In this document: in pieces, positions 24,301-37,694 of the stretch
Numbering within the stretch: position 1 is the first letter of the stretch
Layout: every line of letters starts with the position of its first letter
Source of the DNA: Podarcis muralis
Taxonomy: Eukaryota
DNA: 64,000 nucleotides
NCBI RefSeq assembly: GCF_964188315.1
Contig: NC_135661.1
Location: forward strand, 77,376,001 to 77,440,000
Direction of reading: 5' to 3'
Made by a program: the position numbers and the translations under genes
Notes under the pieces: generated by a model
What the model was told of the DNA's origin: nothing
Databases searched by the model: none
Seen by the model: only the letters and a program-made list of their open reading frames with translations

Positions 24301-25011
24301 CTGCATATTTGAGCCACTGCCATTAAAATTTACAGCGAGCTTAACAGTTGTTCTAACAGCAGTGGTTTGATCTCCAGACAGATTACTACCAGTCTCCTGG
24401 TTGCCAAATCCGCCCACTGAAGTGCTAGTCTTGAAGTCCAAACACAGACACTAGCCCTTGATTTCCCTTGATCAGGCAGGGGAAAGTCACTAGTCACTCG
24501 ATGGCCCTTGTGGTCTCTTCCAACTCTATGATTACTGGTGGATTGATTATTGAATTTCTATACCACTTACTATATTAAAAATATATCTAAGTGGTGTACA
24601 AAAAGCTGAGGCAAAAACAGACAAACAAAATATTACAAAAACACACATTCATTTTCCTTCTGACACATCCTTCCCCTCAGCCTCCGGGTTCTCACCCAGG
24701 TCCAAACAAACTCTCAGCAAACCCATAAAAGTCCCACAACAAGAAGAATTTATGGGAACAGCAGATATCACCCTAGTTTCTCACTCTAGAGCTGCTTTTT
24801 ATGGGCAGGCCCAAGAAGGACAGTTTTTAACCCTCCTAGATTAGCATCAAATGATGGCTCAGTTGATATGTCATTCCAAAGTCCTGGCCTTCCATTTTGT
24901 CCCTAACAGCATAGTAGGAGAATGGATGTGATCAATGATAAATAACTTACGTGGATCCTGAGAGGCAACTAAGAGTGGCGAAAGAAGGCAGAGAACAAGG
25001 AGAGGCTCCAT
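17258..25011 (-). CDS. Gene B: PLA2-inhibitor-gamma/PINLYP-like protein with two LU domains, 250 aa, Ser/Thr/Pro stalk and predicted GPI signal. Exons 24951-25011, 21851-21949, 20497-20646, 19612-19749, 17258-17562
   Basis: GT-AG phase-1 introns; exons 1-4 are the same size as in gene A (61/99/150/138). Product: MEPLLVLCLLSPLLVASQDP-PLKCQQGTEGSVVSDCGSGLDAC...ACCAEDGCNKDLEWG-ALPTTWTENGLTCPIGCYAQTVNDCANRPVSCRDAQNSCINATGSS-GARKFVLLGCGTSNMCG...ISCDTPPTTAKPPTPASATTQKSGVTQKPATSTKTTSKACTHHILGKNSFLLLLPSISSILFMKFLS*. AATAAA at 17116-17121. Confidence 0.88.
18715..19190 (+). mobile_element. L2 3' fragment (second subfamily) in intron 4 of gene B
   Basis: Reads RTIRS..NTLEVPGPKEVRLASTRARAFSTLAPAWWNAL..FRRACKTELFHLAF; (ATT)n tail. 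Confidence 0.8.
22100..22257 (+). mobile_element. Truncated L1 fragment, paralogous to about 5330-5485
   Basis: Near-identical to the start of the gene A intron-1 L1; ends abruptly at a foreign splice-acceptor sequence. Confidence 0.75.
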
Positions 25012-25344
25012 GGTGTCAAAAGGTAGGGCTAGGGACAATGCTGAGCTTGAGTGCTTCTGGTGCCCAAATTTATGTGTAGAGGGCATTTTATAGATAACGT
25101 CTGCAATAACGTAACTGAGGCAGTTGCTCCAATGAAATGCAGTAATTGTGTAGTATAAATACCTGTAAAGCAACTGGGTGGAGATGCCTGTCTTATTGTG
25201 TTGTGCAATGCATTTCTAGGGTGCAAGGACTTCCTGGAATGAATGGTGGATTCTGACAATAAAATTTATGGCAAACATGATGCACGATGCAAACCTTTAG
25301 GTCCGTTTGAGACACCTCTTAAATATTATTTGACACACATCTCA

Positions 25345-25660
25345 CATCTTCAGATATCTCATGGGCTTTCACATGGAAGATGGCGCAAGCTTGTTTTCTC
25401 CTGCGCCAGAGTGTAGGACTCACACCAATGGCTTCGAGTTACAAGAAAGGAGATTCCGACTAAACATCAGGAAGAACTTTATGTCACTAAGAACTGTTTG
25501 ACAGTGGAATGGTCCCCCTCGGGAGATTGTGGACTCTACTTCCTTGTAGATTTTTAAGTACAGGTTGGATGGTTATCTGTCATGGATGCTTTAGCTGAGA
25601 TTCCTGCATTGCGGGGGGTTGGACCCATTCCAGCTCGACAATTCTGCGATTCTGTGATCC
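25345..25660 (+). mobile_element. Degraded CR1 3' fragment
   Basis: ttacaagaaaggagattccgactaaacatcaggaagaacttt...attctgcgattctgtgat. Confidence 0.75.
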
Positions 25661-27376
25661 AGGACAGATAGCCCTCCAACCTCTGCTTTAAAACCTCCAA
25701 TGAAGGGTTAGAGAAAAGTCCTGTTGTCTGAGAGCCCTTCCACTTGAGGACCGTGTTCTTTAAAGTAGGACATTTGCCCAACTTAGTGGGCAAATGCAGG
25801 ATTTGGTGCATGAAAAGGATGGCAAGATTTTAAAGCTGGCCCCAGTGTGGGATGGAGATGATTTTCTATCCCAAGGGCTGCATTATCTTCTGGGCAACCT
25901 GCCAAGGGCCACATGCCAGGTGTGGGTGGGGCACGAGAGAGGATTTTTTAGCTTTGTAGTGGAGCCTGGTTCCTTCCCCCCTAGTGGCACACCCCTTCCT
26001 TTCCCCCCTAGATGAGCAAGAGGCGTCAGAGCACGTCCCACCTAGGAAAAGCTCTTGGGGTGCAAAGAAGTACCAGGGGTGGGTGTGGCCTGGGGAGAGT
26101 TCGGAGGGCCAGAGAGGGAGACTTCAGGGGCCACATTTATCCCCTGAGCCTGAAGTTCCCGAACTCCACCCACAACAGGTGGAGGACCTTCCATGTGGGG
26201 CTTTGCTTCAGGGATGTCTTGGACTGGCACAGTCGAGAGAGGGCTGAACCCAAGGCCTGTGTCGGAGCGTCTCTCTCCTTTGACATTGAATTTATCGATG
26301 GCTCAACTCATCTCCAGTCAACTCCTCCTCCATTCGCAGAGAGCTGAGCTGCAGTGGCTCCCTGGTCCTTGCTGCTGCTGTTCAGCTGGTATGAATTAAG
26401 ACCTTTCCTCTAGGTCCGTAGTCCAACTCGTAAACCAGAAGTGCTTTGTTTACTGCTTGGCAATAAAAACCACTGGTGCTTCCCATATCACAGCTCCCTG
26501 GCTTTCTTGCAAATGATGGCAGGGTTGTAGCCCCTGGAAGGGTCAGCATCTGCGGTTGGCATCACTGGGTTCCTGTTGAAGTCCACAGCCCAGCCAGGGC
26601 CCCATGGCTAACCCCTGGGTCCCCTTGGTCCTCCTCTTCCTCCTGTTTGCTACTGCCCGTTTTTTCATCATCTCTCCCACCCTGCCTCCCTTTATCCTAT
26701 GTTTTTCCTTTCAAGCTATGACCTTGCTCTTTACCTCATGGGCCGCTGTATTCAGGGCCGGGCAGGGATTTTTCCACTTGGCAAATTGGCACTGGCCAAC
26801 TGGCTTTCACCTAACTCAAATCAATCATTAGGCATTGGGTAAGCCTTAGTTTTGGCTGGAGGGGAGGTTGTAGACTCTGCCTGCCCCACTTTGGTTAAAG
26901 CTATCCTGTTATAAAGGGATCCGCAAGGAGTTGCTTCTGTCTGATGCCCAGGCGGCAGCTAGGTCCATAGCACTCGTCTAATGGGGACCCCCTCAGGAAT
27001 ACCCCTATTTTACATAGGTCATAGCCCCTTCCCCCAATGCGGTTTACCCTTAGATGCACTCTCAGCAGATGGGCTGAGGGGAAAATAAATGGCTTCACCC
27101 AATGCCAAACATTTCACATCTGTAATTGATAAAAGTTGTGGCCTATTTGAACCCAAACTATATGCTGCTTTCTTGTCTGGTAATTTATTATCTAGGGAGC
27201 AGCGAGGTCACGGGGCCTTGGCAAGCAAGTGTAAGGTTTTAGAGATTTTAGAGAAATATGGAGGAATGGAAGTTCATGCTGAAAATTAGTGCATTCCTCC
27301 TTGAAGAAAAAAGATGAAGACATGAGTAAGAAAAACCGTAACGTTATAATTCTCGATACCTCGGCACATAGGATTG

Positions 27377-29632
27377 TTACACAGGTGAGGATGCAAACAC
27401 AGAGAAACTCAAGAAAGCAATAACGTTTACAAAGGGGGACCCAGTTAGCTGGATGGCTGCAGAAGGGCCATAATCCTCAGTTTGCCCATCAGTGCAAACT
27501 GCATACTCAGTCACAATGTAGAGTTTTCCTGCATAGGGCACAAGGTCATTGACATCCAAGGAACAAGCTGAATCAGTTGCACAGCCTTTGACGGAGAAGT
27601 TTTGTTCCGGTAAACCTGCAGAGAGAGAAGAGCAAAGACTCAAAATGAGAGGAAGAGCAGGTCCCCTTTCGTACCTCATTGCGAGAAGTGAGGCTACAGG
27701 GAACCAGACAGAGGGCCTTCTCGGTAGTGGCGCCCGCCCTGTGGAACGCCCTCCCATCAGATGTCAAAGAGATAAATAATTACCTGACATTCAGAAGACA
27801 TCTTAAGGCAGCCCTGTTCAGGGAAGTTTTTAATATGTAACGCTGTACTGTTTTTAACACTGATTGGGAGCCGCCCAGAGTGGCTGGGGAAACTCAGCCA
27901 GATGGGCGGGGTATAAATAATAAATAATAATAATTATTATTATATTATTATTATTATACCTAGCTTGTTTTCCCCTGCATATGATGGTTTGTGTCAGAGT
28001 CTAATTGCAGCGGGGGCTTGACCCAGCTGAATCTGGTGTCCGCAGAGCCTCACAGCTCACAGGTTCCCCCAACAGCATGCTATAAAGGAGGGAAGAAGTC
28101 AGGGAGAAGGCAGCAGCCAGAGGTGAAGCATAGGTTTGGAAAGTAGATAGACTTAGAAAGCCAAGTGTGGGAGAAAGAGCAGGCATGGACCTGGAGCTCT
28201 TTCTGGGTCACCACTCAGCAGGGATGGCCCCTCTTATTTCACCACCTGTGGCAAAATGGGAAAACGTTGCCCCTGCCTCCCCTCCAAAATCTTTCTTACT
28301 GGGGTCGTGCAGCTGCAGCGGTGGGAAGACGGCAGTTTGTCCAACCTTTAAACAGCTCACCTGGGCCACTACCACCTGTGTTGCTTGCTTCCTTCGTCAC
28401 TTCCTGCCTGCCATTCTGTCATCATGCTGCCTATGAGCGGCCGTGCAAATTACAGCATGACGACAGCCTTACTTTTATATGTATATAGGAAGAAAAGGAA
28501 GATGGGACAGGAAGCAAAAATGATGATAAAGAAGTGAAAATAAAAGGAAGGTGGGATCTAAAACTTAAAAGAAAAGAATAATAGTCACTCTGAGGGAACT
28601 TCTGAGATTTCTGGGGGGGAAATGGCATGCACCCACCCCTGGGAGCATTGTCTGTGGTGAAAAGTACTAGGTTGGGCAATGTTTTGGGAAGCCTATTCCC
28701 TGTCTACACTTGCCTCCCATCCTTAATTTTGATTTGGGCATTCTTTCTGGAGAATCCCAGCCTTACCGTTTGGTAGTAGGAGACAAAGAGGGACATGGGG
28801 TGATTGTTTTTTTTAAATACACGCACGCAGAGTGGTGGTCAAAAGTGTGCCCAGTGATCATCAAGTCAATTTGAGGGTGTGTAGTGAGGTCACATTCACT
28901 CCTTACTTTACTTTTAACACATGCATATGCCACTTTAAGAGTTGTACCTTCCCCCAAAGAATCCTGGGGATGGTAGTTTGTTAAGCACATTGACCCCATA
29001 GAGCTACAGTGTCCAGCACTCTTAACAAACTACAGTTGCAAGGACTCATTGCGACTATCAAAGTGGTACAAGAGTTCTTGAAATACAGGGTGTGGCTTTG
29101 ACCTAAGTCTCACAGAGTCCTGTTGCCTTTTTCACAAGCTAAGGGCTGTGGATAAAAGATTCCTCCCTGTCCCCACTATCACCGACTTCCCAGGTTCATC
29201 CTACTTTCCACCCACAACCCAGGTTGGAAAAGGGGAAATTAAGGGTAAGGCAGAAGCCATCTTTAAAGGCTTTCAACAAAGCTCCTTGGAAAGGTCCCAG
29301 TAACAGCAGGGTGTGTGTGTGCGTGTGTGTGAAGAAATACCAGCGTATAGCCCAACAAGGGAAATGCACTTTTCTTCGATTCCGGTGCATTCGACGCGCT
29401 CGTGGGCCTGGCAAGGGCCCCGGTTAAAACTCTCACACCCTGGGCAAGTCAACCCGTTTTTGGTAGAACTCGCAGGAGTCACTGGAAAACAATCAGAGGA
29501 AGATCTCACGTGAGCGAGGGCAGCGAGAGGTAGCTCTGATGAAACGGACTCAGCCCATGGAGCTAAGCAAACACGGTAAGCCCCAAACTTATGCACATTT
29601 AACTTGTGCAATTTCAGCTTTACAAGCCTTGC

Positions 29633-29668
<36 letters not shown>

Positions 29669-32600
29669 AATAGGGGGAGGAAAAAGAGACTCTGGCAATC
29701 CCACCTGCCATTGAACTCAATGTGTCCTGACCATACACAATTTTGGCTTTAGCTATGATCCCCAGAAACTAAAACCCACATAAATTGTAGTCTGTGCTTT
29801 GGTAGTCTCAAGGCTAGATTACTGCAGCATACTCTATATGGGGCTGTCCTTGGATCTGGCCTGGAAGCTTCAGCTAGGGAAGAACGTTGCAGGTGGAGCG
29901 GTGATGAGAACAGATCACCGTCAACACATGACACTCCATGGGCCAGGTTGCCCCCAAGAATGAGCCAGATCCACTAGTCTATCTAGTTCAGGATTGTCTA
30001 CTGATTGGCAGAAGCTCTCTGGGGTTTTGGGAGTGCCTGGAGATGCCTGAGAAGGACACACTGCCAGGGGGCATGAAAAGGGGGCTCAAACTGCAGCAGA
30101 CCAGTAGTGTCTGCAGATGTAGGAAGCTGCCTCACAGAGTCAGACCATTGCACCATCTAGCTTAGCACTGACTGCACTGACTGCCAGAGGTGCTCCAGGG
30201 TTCCAGCTTGGGCTGGATGATAGATTGTCCCAAACTGGTTTGAAGCCCGCATTGTGATATTGGTTTCATGATGTATCACGAATCATGATTTGTGTGCGTT
30301 ATGCAAAAATCTCAATGTGGGGAAAACACAGAAGCCAGGTAATGCCTCTACATAGCTCCATCTTTATTTTAGACGTCAGGATATATTGGTATGTTGCTAT
30401 GTTTAGCTGGTGATATATCGTGATGTTGAAGACCAGATATCGCACAGTCCTAATTCCAGGCAGGGGACATTCCCAAGTCCTTCCTGGAGATGCCAGGAGT
30501 TGAACCAGGGACCTTCTGCAAGGAAAGTGCTCTACCACTGAACTAAGGACCTTTCCATGCACTGAGGTCTTCTGCTGAGACCCTTCTTCAAAAGCCTCCT
30601 TCACCAGACAAATGCTCTTCAGTGGCATGGGAGATGGTCTTCTCAGCAGAGGCACCAGTTGCAGAACACCCACCCCAACAAGATTTGCATACCACCTTCC
30701 TTGCTATCTTTTTAGCATCAGGCAAATACAGATTTTTTATTTACCCGGGCATTTTAACCAGTTGCAAATCCTAGCCTGCTTTCAAGGGGTCTGTTCGCTG
30801 CTTGATTTTAGTGGGGTGGTGCTGTGGTTCTTGAATTGTGGCATTAATTTTTGTTGTTACACAGCCCTGAAATCCAAAAAAAGGATGGAAGGTGGTACAT
30901 GACTCCTTTCTTTCCTGTGATGTGAGGTTTGCCTTGTATTGGAATAATAAAGGGCAGGAGTCAGCAAACCCATATTTATTGATAGGAGAAGTATAATAAA
31001 ATAAGGTATTATTTGGGAGTGCAGATCAGGAAGTTTAACTAGGAGAACAGAACACATTGTAGCTTCATCAATGGCAGGCTTCTTCAACCTCGGCCTTCCA
31101 GATGTTTTGAGACTACAATTCCCATCATCCCTGACCACTGGTCCTGCTAGCCAGGGATCATGGGAGTTGTAGGCCAAAAACATCTGGAGGGCCGAGGTTG
31201 AGGAAGCCTGATCAATGGCATATTGGGTACAAACAGGAAACTGTGCATCTTTCATTGTGCAACTATTTAGATATATTTATATAATCTTTGGAAATATATT
31301 AAAGTTAAATTCACAGATCAATTTTTGCTTTTAAATAATAATATTTCCTTGCATTTATAATATAATAAATTCCCTTCTTTGTCCAGATCTGGATGGTGGC
31401 ACATGGGGGGGGGGGGACGTTTTCTGAGAACTCCCTTAGGTCACTGGTTCAAGGTCACTCATTGCAGATTTGCATCCCCATTACGGTTGCTTTATGAACC
31501 TGCCAACTCGAACCTCATGGACCACCATTGTCCTCAAGAGGGAAGCTACCAAAGGCGCACACACACACACACACACACACTGCTTTGAAACACTCTGCAA
31601 GCTCAATCAATACTCACTACTTAGAACCAGTTCTTCGTTGCATCCAGCAGTTCCACAACAGGCTATGTTGCTCCGGATTTGCCTCTCCGTGGATGTGCTC
31701 AGCGTGAAGGCTCCTGGTTTGCAGGCACTGCGGTTGATGCAGCTTTTGTATATCCCAGTGGGGCTGACACCTCTGCCTGGAGAAAAAGAGGATGTGACTA
31801 TTCCTCCTGAGCATGGGAGAAATGTCGTGTCAATTGGATCAAAAGCCTATCAGCAGGGACTGCCTTCTCTGATCGGACCAATGGCACGTGTAGCCCAGCA
31901 TCCTGCTCTCACGGGGCAAAACCTATGGGAAGCCTGAAAGCAGGCTCTGAGCATAAGAGCACCCTCCCTTCCTGAGGATTCCAGCAACTAGAATTCAGGA
32001 GCACGCCGCCTCCGACAGAGGAGGTAGAACATACCCATCAGAGTCAGCAACTGCTGCAAGGCTTCTCCTTCACGAATTTGTTTGGAAGATTCAGGGCAGA
32101 TAAAAGAAACCTTCACACAGCACATGGTTAAAACTATGGAACTCACACCCGCAGAAGGTAATGATGGCCCCCAAATGGGGTGGTTTTAAAAGAGGATTAG
32201 GCAAATTCATGGCCACTAGCCATAATGGCTATGCTCTGGCTCCACAATCGGAGGCAGCAACGCTTCTTCTTCATCATCATCTTTTCATTGGTTTTTACTG
32301 AAGAATTTTTTTGTGCCACAAAACCAATAGACAAACACATATAGCACCTCCACTTGCCATTCAGAGAGTCTTTTTGGCATCAGACACTATTGCCACAGAC
32401 ACTGTGCCGTTGGAGGAAAAGAGAGGGGAGTGGGGGGAGGGAGAGAGATGGGGGGATAATAATGATCTTTCGTTCTATTGCATAGTGTCTGTGCAGGGTT
32501 TTTGTGTCAGCATCACACGGGTAGGTCCTTTATTTATTTATAAATTTGTTCATTTTTATTGTCATTGCAAGAGATTATGGGGTCCAGAGCTTGGATGGTT

Positions 32601-33548
32601 GTGTCTGGTTGGTTGCAGTGTGGTTTCTTTGTATGTATGTGTGCCGGGCAGGGGGGTTGTTGGGTCAGATTAGCCATATCGCTGCATATGCTGTTGTGGG
32701 GCACAGGTCATTGCCTTGTTGTGCTGTATATGTGATACAGGGGAGCCACACCGGGGTGAAGGGGCCCTCCTTCGCTTGTCCCCATGCTCGTGTCGGTTAG
32801 CTTTCCTAGTAGGGTGCAATGCTTCTAAATACCAATTGCAGGAAACCAAAGGAGCAAGAGAGTGCTCTTGAGCTTTTTTCTGGTTTCCCATAGGAATCTG
32901 GACTCGATGGGCCACTGGCCTGATCCAGCAGGCTCTTCTTATGGCTTTAAGTCACCCAACCAACGCTGAGGCTGAGCAGGGATTTGAACTCATTCCTCCC
33001 TAGTGGAGAAGGACCAGAAGCCTACGGCATTTGCCAACAATTGCACCCACCTAACGTGTTGAATGTCGATAGGGTAACACACACTAGCTCTTTATGCGGG
33101 CAATGAATCATCTTGCATGTGGCATCTCCAAGGTCGCACTTTGAACACGATAAATTCCTAGCTTCTGGAAGCAGAAAGAAAGGGCGAGTGATTGCTACAG
33201 AAGGAACTGTAGGGCTCCAACCTGGGGGCTTTGTCGTGGGTCAGCTGGGTGGTGGTCCTGGGTTCACGGAAGTCTGGAGGACCCACTTTGGTGGCAAGAG
33301 GGGGAGTGGAAACAGAGAGCCATATGCACATTACGCCTCTGTAGCTGAGACGGGTCAACTGCAGAGGAAAGCCTGATAGCAAAAAGAGGGGTACAGCTGG
33401 GGCCCCGTTTATGGTCTTTTTGCCCAAGAAGCTCCCCATCCCGAAGCCTGGATCTGCCCATGTAAATAAGGTTTAATGAAGACCACTCACCATTAACAGG
33501 CAGCAGAAGAATGCAACAAGTAAGGCAGTGGAAAAGGATTGTTTTCAT
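27377..33548 (-). CDS. Gene C: PINLYP/PLA2-inhibitor-gamma-like protein with two LU domains, 236 aa, canonical 10-Cys domain 1 and predicted GPI signal. Exons 33491-33548, 33051-33164, 31618-31776, 29341-29481, 27377-27615
   Basis: GT-AG phase-1 introns. Product: MKTILFHCLTCCILLLPVN-EARNLSCSKCDLGDATCKMIHCPHKELVCVTLSTFNTL-GRGVSPTGIYKSCINRSACKPGAFTLSTSTERQIRSNIACCGTAGCNEELVLS-MTPASSTKNGLTCPGCESFNRGPCQAHERVECTGIEEKCISLVGLYA-GLPEQNFSVKGCATDSACSL...VCTDGQTEDYGPSAAIQLTGSPFVNVIAFLSFSVFASSPV*. AATAAA at 27184-27189; possible non-coding 5' exon with a GTGAGT donor at 34293-34298. Confidence 0.9.
27665..27955 (+). mobile_element. L2 3' fragment in intron 4 of gene C
   Basis: Same tail as 1-975; ends in taaataataat/attatt repeats. 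Confidence 0.8.
31075..31210. mobile_element. hAT-type MITE
   Basis: TIR CAGGCTTC.TCAACC; perfect 8-bp TSD ATCAATGG at 31067-31074 and 31211-31218. Confidence 0.85.
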
Positions 33549-36369
33549 CGTTCCTTAGAGAAAGAACGGGCAAGTCCGGCACAGAGAAACTGAGAGGCCT
33601 CAAAAACTGCAAGGTTTAACGCCTGTACTGCAAAGGTAAACTTAGATATTATATGTGTGTGTGTATAACATCAAGGTTAGCCAACGTAGCGCCCTCTGGA
33701 TATTGTCGGAATACAGCTTGCATCACTCCTGGACATTGGCCGTGTTGACCGGGGCTGGTGGGAATGAGGGTATGGCAAAAATATGAAGGGTGCCATTTTG
33801 GCTGCCTCTGGCATACATGGTCAGCTAGCTGCTGGGAACCACAAGTCATGAGAAGGCTGTTGCACTCAGGCCCTGATTGCCGACTTCCCATGGGCATCTG
33901 ACTGGTCACTGTGAGAAGTGGAAGCTGCCCTAGATGGGTGTTTAGCCTGATCCACCTGGGCTGTTCCGAGGTTCTGCTTCTCTGTGCAGCATGGTTCAAA
34001 CCACACATTTCCTTAACCCCGTCCCAATCAATCACAATTCAGGCCCGGCTTTGTCGCTTGCCCCCCCTCCAAGAAGTAGGGCTTCAAGAGTAAGTGGTTT
34101 TCCTTGTGTGTGTTTCCCAGCAGTGTTTGGGAGAAGCCCCCACCCCAACAACAAAGAAGAAGGAATCAGGGGGAAGAAGAGCAGGAGAGCAGCTTTCGTT
34201 TCTGTCTTCCATCAGCCCCAGCCAACAGGGCCTGTGGTCAGGGATGAAAGCAGCTGTAGTCAAACACATCACTTGTTCTTGAGGAATAATCACTCACCTG
34301 TAGTTTGATACAAAGGAGGGTGAGATGCCTCCACCCACCCGAAACTCTTGATTCGTCATCGTTTCTTGGCAGCGTGAATATTTATTTACTTATTGTTAAA
34401 TTTGTTTCCTGCCCATCATCCGAAGATCACAGGGCGGTTCACAACGCAGAAAGGCAAAATGAGAACACAGCATACGTAACAAAACAAAAGCAAACTGATA
34501 ACCTGGCTGGCATTAGACCCACAAGATGAGCCTGGCTGCTAGATTAGGCCCTCAAAAACCATCTAATCAGCATTCAAAATGCATTTTGCAGCTAGCTATT
34601 GGTCCCTTTGTGACCAAGTGAAGGTGCCCAGGTGGCAGGTTTAAGGGGCCGTTTGGCGCCTAGGTCATACACCTGAGTTTTTAGCACTGCATCTAACCCA
34701 ACAACCTCTTCCTCACAATGGCCAACCAGATGTCTATGGGAAGCCCACAAACAGAAACTGAGCACAACAGCCGCCCTCCATTTTTGTCATTCACAGCAAC
34801 TGGTACTCATTCATACTGCCTCCAAGACTGGGGGTAAAACACAGCCATTGTGGTGAGCAGCCGTTGGCAGCTCTAGGCTCCATGAATTTGTCTAATCACC
34901 ATACATTAAAGCACATTCTACCACCACCACCACCCCAAAAAAACCTGGGAACTGCAGTTTACTCCTCCCAGAGCTGCGATTCCTAGCACCCTTTAAGAAA
35001 CTACAGCTCCCAGGATTCTTGGGTCGTGCTTCATATGTCTGGGGTGTTGGGATTTGTTTTTCCCTCTAAGGGTTTTCAATTGGTTTGCAGACTGCCAACG
35101 AAGCCAGCGCTTCCCTGTGTTGCAATACACCAGCAGATTTAAAATTATACAGAAATTGTGTTGCGTGGGAGAGATTAGGAGGCAGCAGCTAATTGGAAAA
35201 GTCACCCCCACCATATTAACAGAGGCCGGAGAAGGGAACTTGGAAAAAAATCCTTCTGCAAATATATAAATGAGATTGATAAAAAGAATACAAAGACTCA
35301 CATTGACTACCAAAGGACCTTCTGTCTCTCTCTAAAAACTAGGCCTCTGGGAATTCACAAGCTCCTACCACCAGGCTGGCAAGGCCTACAAGAAAAGCTA
35401 TACCACCTTGAGGCACGGACAAAATGCATGTCTCTGATTGGCTTAAGACGGCAACATCTGAATGTAACACATAAGACAGGCTCCTCTACTTTTGCCTCTT
35501 CAATGCCTGCTGGGGGGGTTTCCTCTTTCAATTTACAGTAGCACATTTTTTTAAAACTGCTATTTGGATCCATACCAGATTCAAAACAGGTTTCGGATAT
35601 GCAGTTGTTGATATATATTGTTACAGATCTGGGGTTAACAGAGTTTGGGGAGGTGCACGGGCACTCATAACCACTAGAGAACGTTAGAAATAATTAATGG
35701 TCGGATATGGATAATATTTGGAGTAGAGAAGGCCAGGCCTCTCACGTAGCTAAGAATGACAAAAGGTTCTGGAAGCAAGTCAAGGAAAACTCATCCTCAT
35801 CAGGGAGAGAGATTCCCTGCCTGTGGACAAAGAGGGAGCTCCCAGAAGGACAAAGGTTTATGGTTTCAGCTTTCCTGTCTAGGAAAAAGGGAGTGGGCAG
35901 GCTGTACCCACAGGTTTGGGTTTTTTTTTTCTGGCAAGGGTTATAGAATCATAGAATTATAGAAGGGGGGCCTGAGGTTCATCTGGTCCAACCCCCTCCT
36001 ATGCAGGAATATTGACTAAAGCGTCCATGACAGATGTCCATCCAACCTCTGCTTAAAAACCTCCAAGAAGGAGAATCCACAGGCTCCAGAGGGAGACTGT
36101 TTCTGACTGTCCTTCAGTCTGCTTTGCAATGGAAGTGGAAGTCTGGAAGTCCTGAAGGGGGGGAGTAGCAGGGGAGGGTGAAATATAGCAGGCTGAGGGA
36201 GGGTAAAGCACTTTTCTCCACCTGTCAGTTTCTCTACTAGAAACTGAGTGTTCACAACACTTCATATACAAGGGAGAACCAGTGGTCAGGTATGGAAGAC
36301 CTGTTGTGGGGGTGAGGGTGAGGGTGATTTTCTCTCTCTCTCCCAATTGCATATTATTAGGGATGCACG

Positions 36370-36382
36370 CACGCACACACAC

Positions 36383-36422
<40 letters not shown>
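36370..36422. repeat. (CA)n microsatellite
   Basis: Seen directly. Confidence 0.95.
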
Positions 36423-36425
<3 letters not shown>

Positions 36426-37187
36426 AACAGGATTCAATATTATGGGAAAGCCTGGGGGGAAATAGGAGATGTACTGAACATGTCCTGCTCAGTTTTGACC
36501 GGTGGTTCCCAACCTTTTTTTGCCCATGCCCCACCAAAATCCTGATGCCACACACACACACCCCGACATATAATTCTTCTTATTCAAAAAGTGAACTTCT
36601 ATTCATGTGGAGGAAGCCTGAAAGGCCATTAACTTGGTCTAAACATTCTCAAATTGCCTCCCTTAAAAATCAAATTGCCCCACATTGGGAACTACGGGTT
36701 TAGACCCATTGCTATGAATAGGCCTGGCTAACCTTGGTACTTATATTTCAATGACTCTACTCTGAGCAAAAGTTAGTTGACTACAACCCAATGTGTTTCC
36801 AAGGCCCCATTCACACCATGCATTTAAAGCGCTATGACACCACTTCAAGCAGTCATGGCTCTTCCCTCAAAGAATTCTGGGAGCTGTGGTTTCTTAAGGA
36901 TGCTGAGAGTTGCTAGGAGACTCCCCTCATTCCCCTCCTAGAGGCCCAATTCTCAGAATGGTTTAACAATCAGTATCCCTTAACAGGAAACCCTGCTAGT
37001 TATATCCCTGTGAGGGGGAATAGGAGTCTCCTGAAAACTCTCTGCCACACCTGTTTAAAGTGGTATCACAGTGTGTGAATGTGGCCCAAAACACCTGAAG
37101 CGACTGATGGATGAGAGAAATAACACTGCAGAGCCTAGAAGCAATAGTGGAAGATGCTATTTCTATGCTCTGCATCCATCTTAAATA

Positions 37188-37692
37188 ACAACAACAACAA
37201 CAACAAATTATTATTTATACCATGCCTGTCTGTCTGGGTTTTCCCAGCCACTCTGGGTGGCTTCCAACAAAATATTAAAAATATGATAAAACATCATACA
37301 TTAAAAACTTCCCTAAACAGGGCTGCCTTCAGATGTCTTCTAAAAGTCAGATAGTTGTTTATTTCCTTGACATCTGGTCGGAGGGCATTCCACATGGCGG
37401 GTGCCGCTACTGAGAAGGCCCTCTGCCTGGTTCCCTGTAACCTCACTTCTCGCAGGGAGGGAACTGCCAGAAGGTTCTCGGAGCTGGACCTCAGTGTCTG
37501 GGTTGAACGATGGGGGTGGAGACTCTCCTTCAGGTATACCTGGCTGAGGCCATTTAGGGCTTTCAAGGTCAGCACCAACACTTTGAATTGTGCTTGGAAA
37601 CGTACTGGGAGCCAATGTAGGTCTTTCAGGACCGGTATTATGTGGTCTCGGAGACCACTCCCAGTCGCCAGTCTAGCTGCCGCATTCTGGAT
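37188..37692 (-). mobile_element. L2 3' fragment
   Basis: Reads QNAAARLATG..HIIPVLKDLHWLPVRFQAQFKVLVLT..RAFSVAAP..WNAL. Confidence 0.9.
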
Positions 37693-37694
37693 TA

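Noticed and set aside
28001-28440. ORFs and a TATA-like sequence within gene C intron 4
   Set aside because: No LU cysteine pattern or usable phase-1 frame; not supported as exons.
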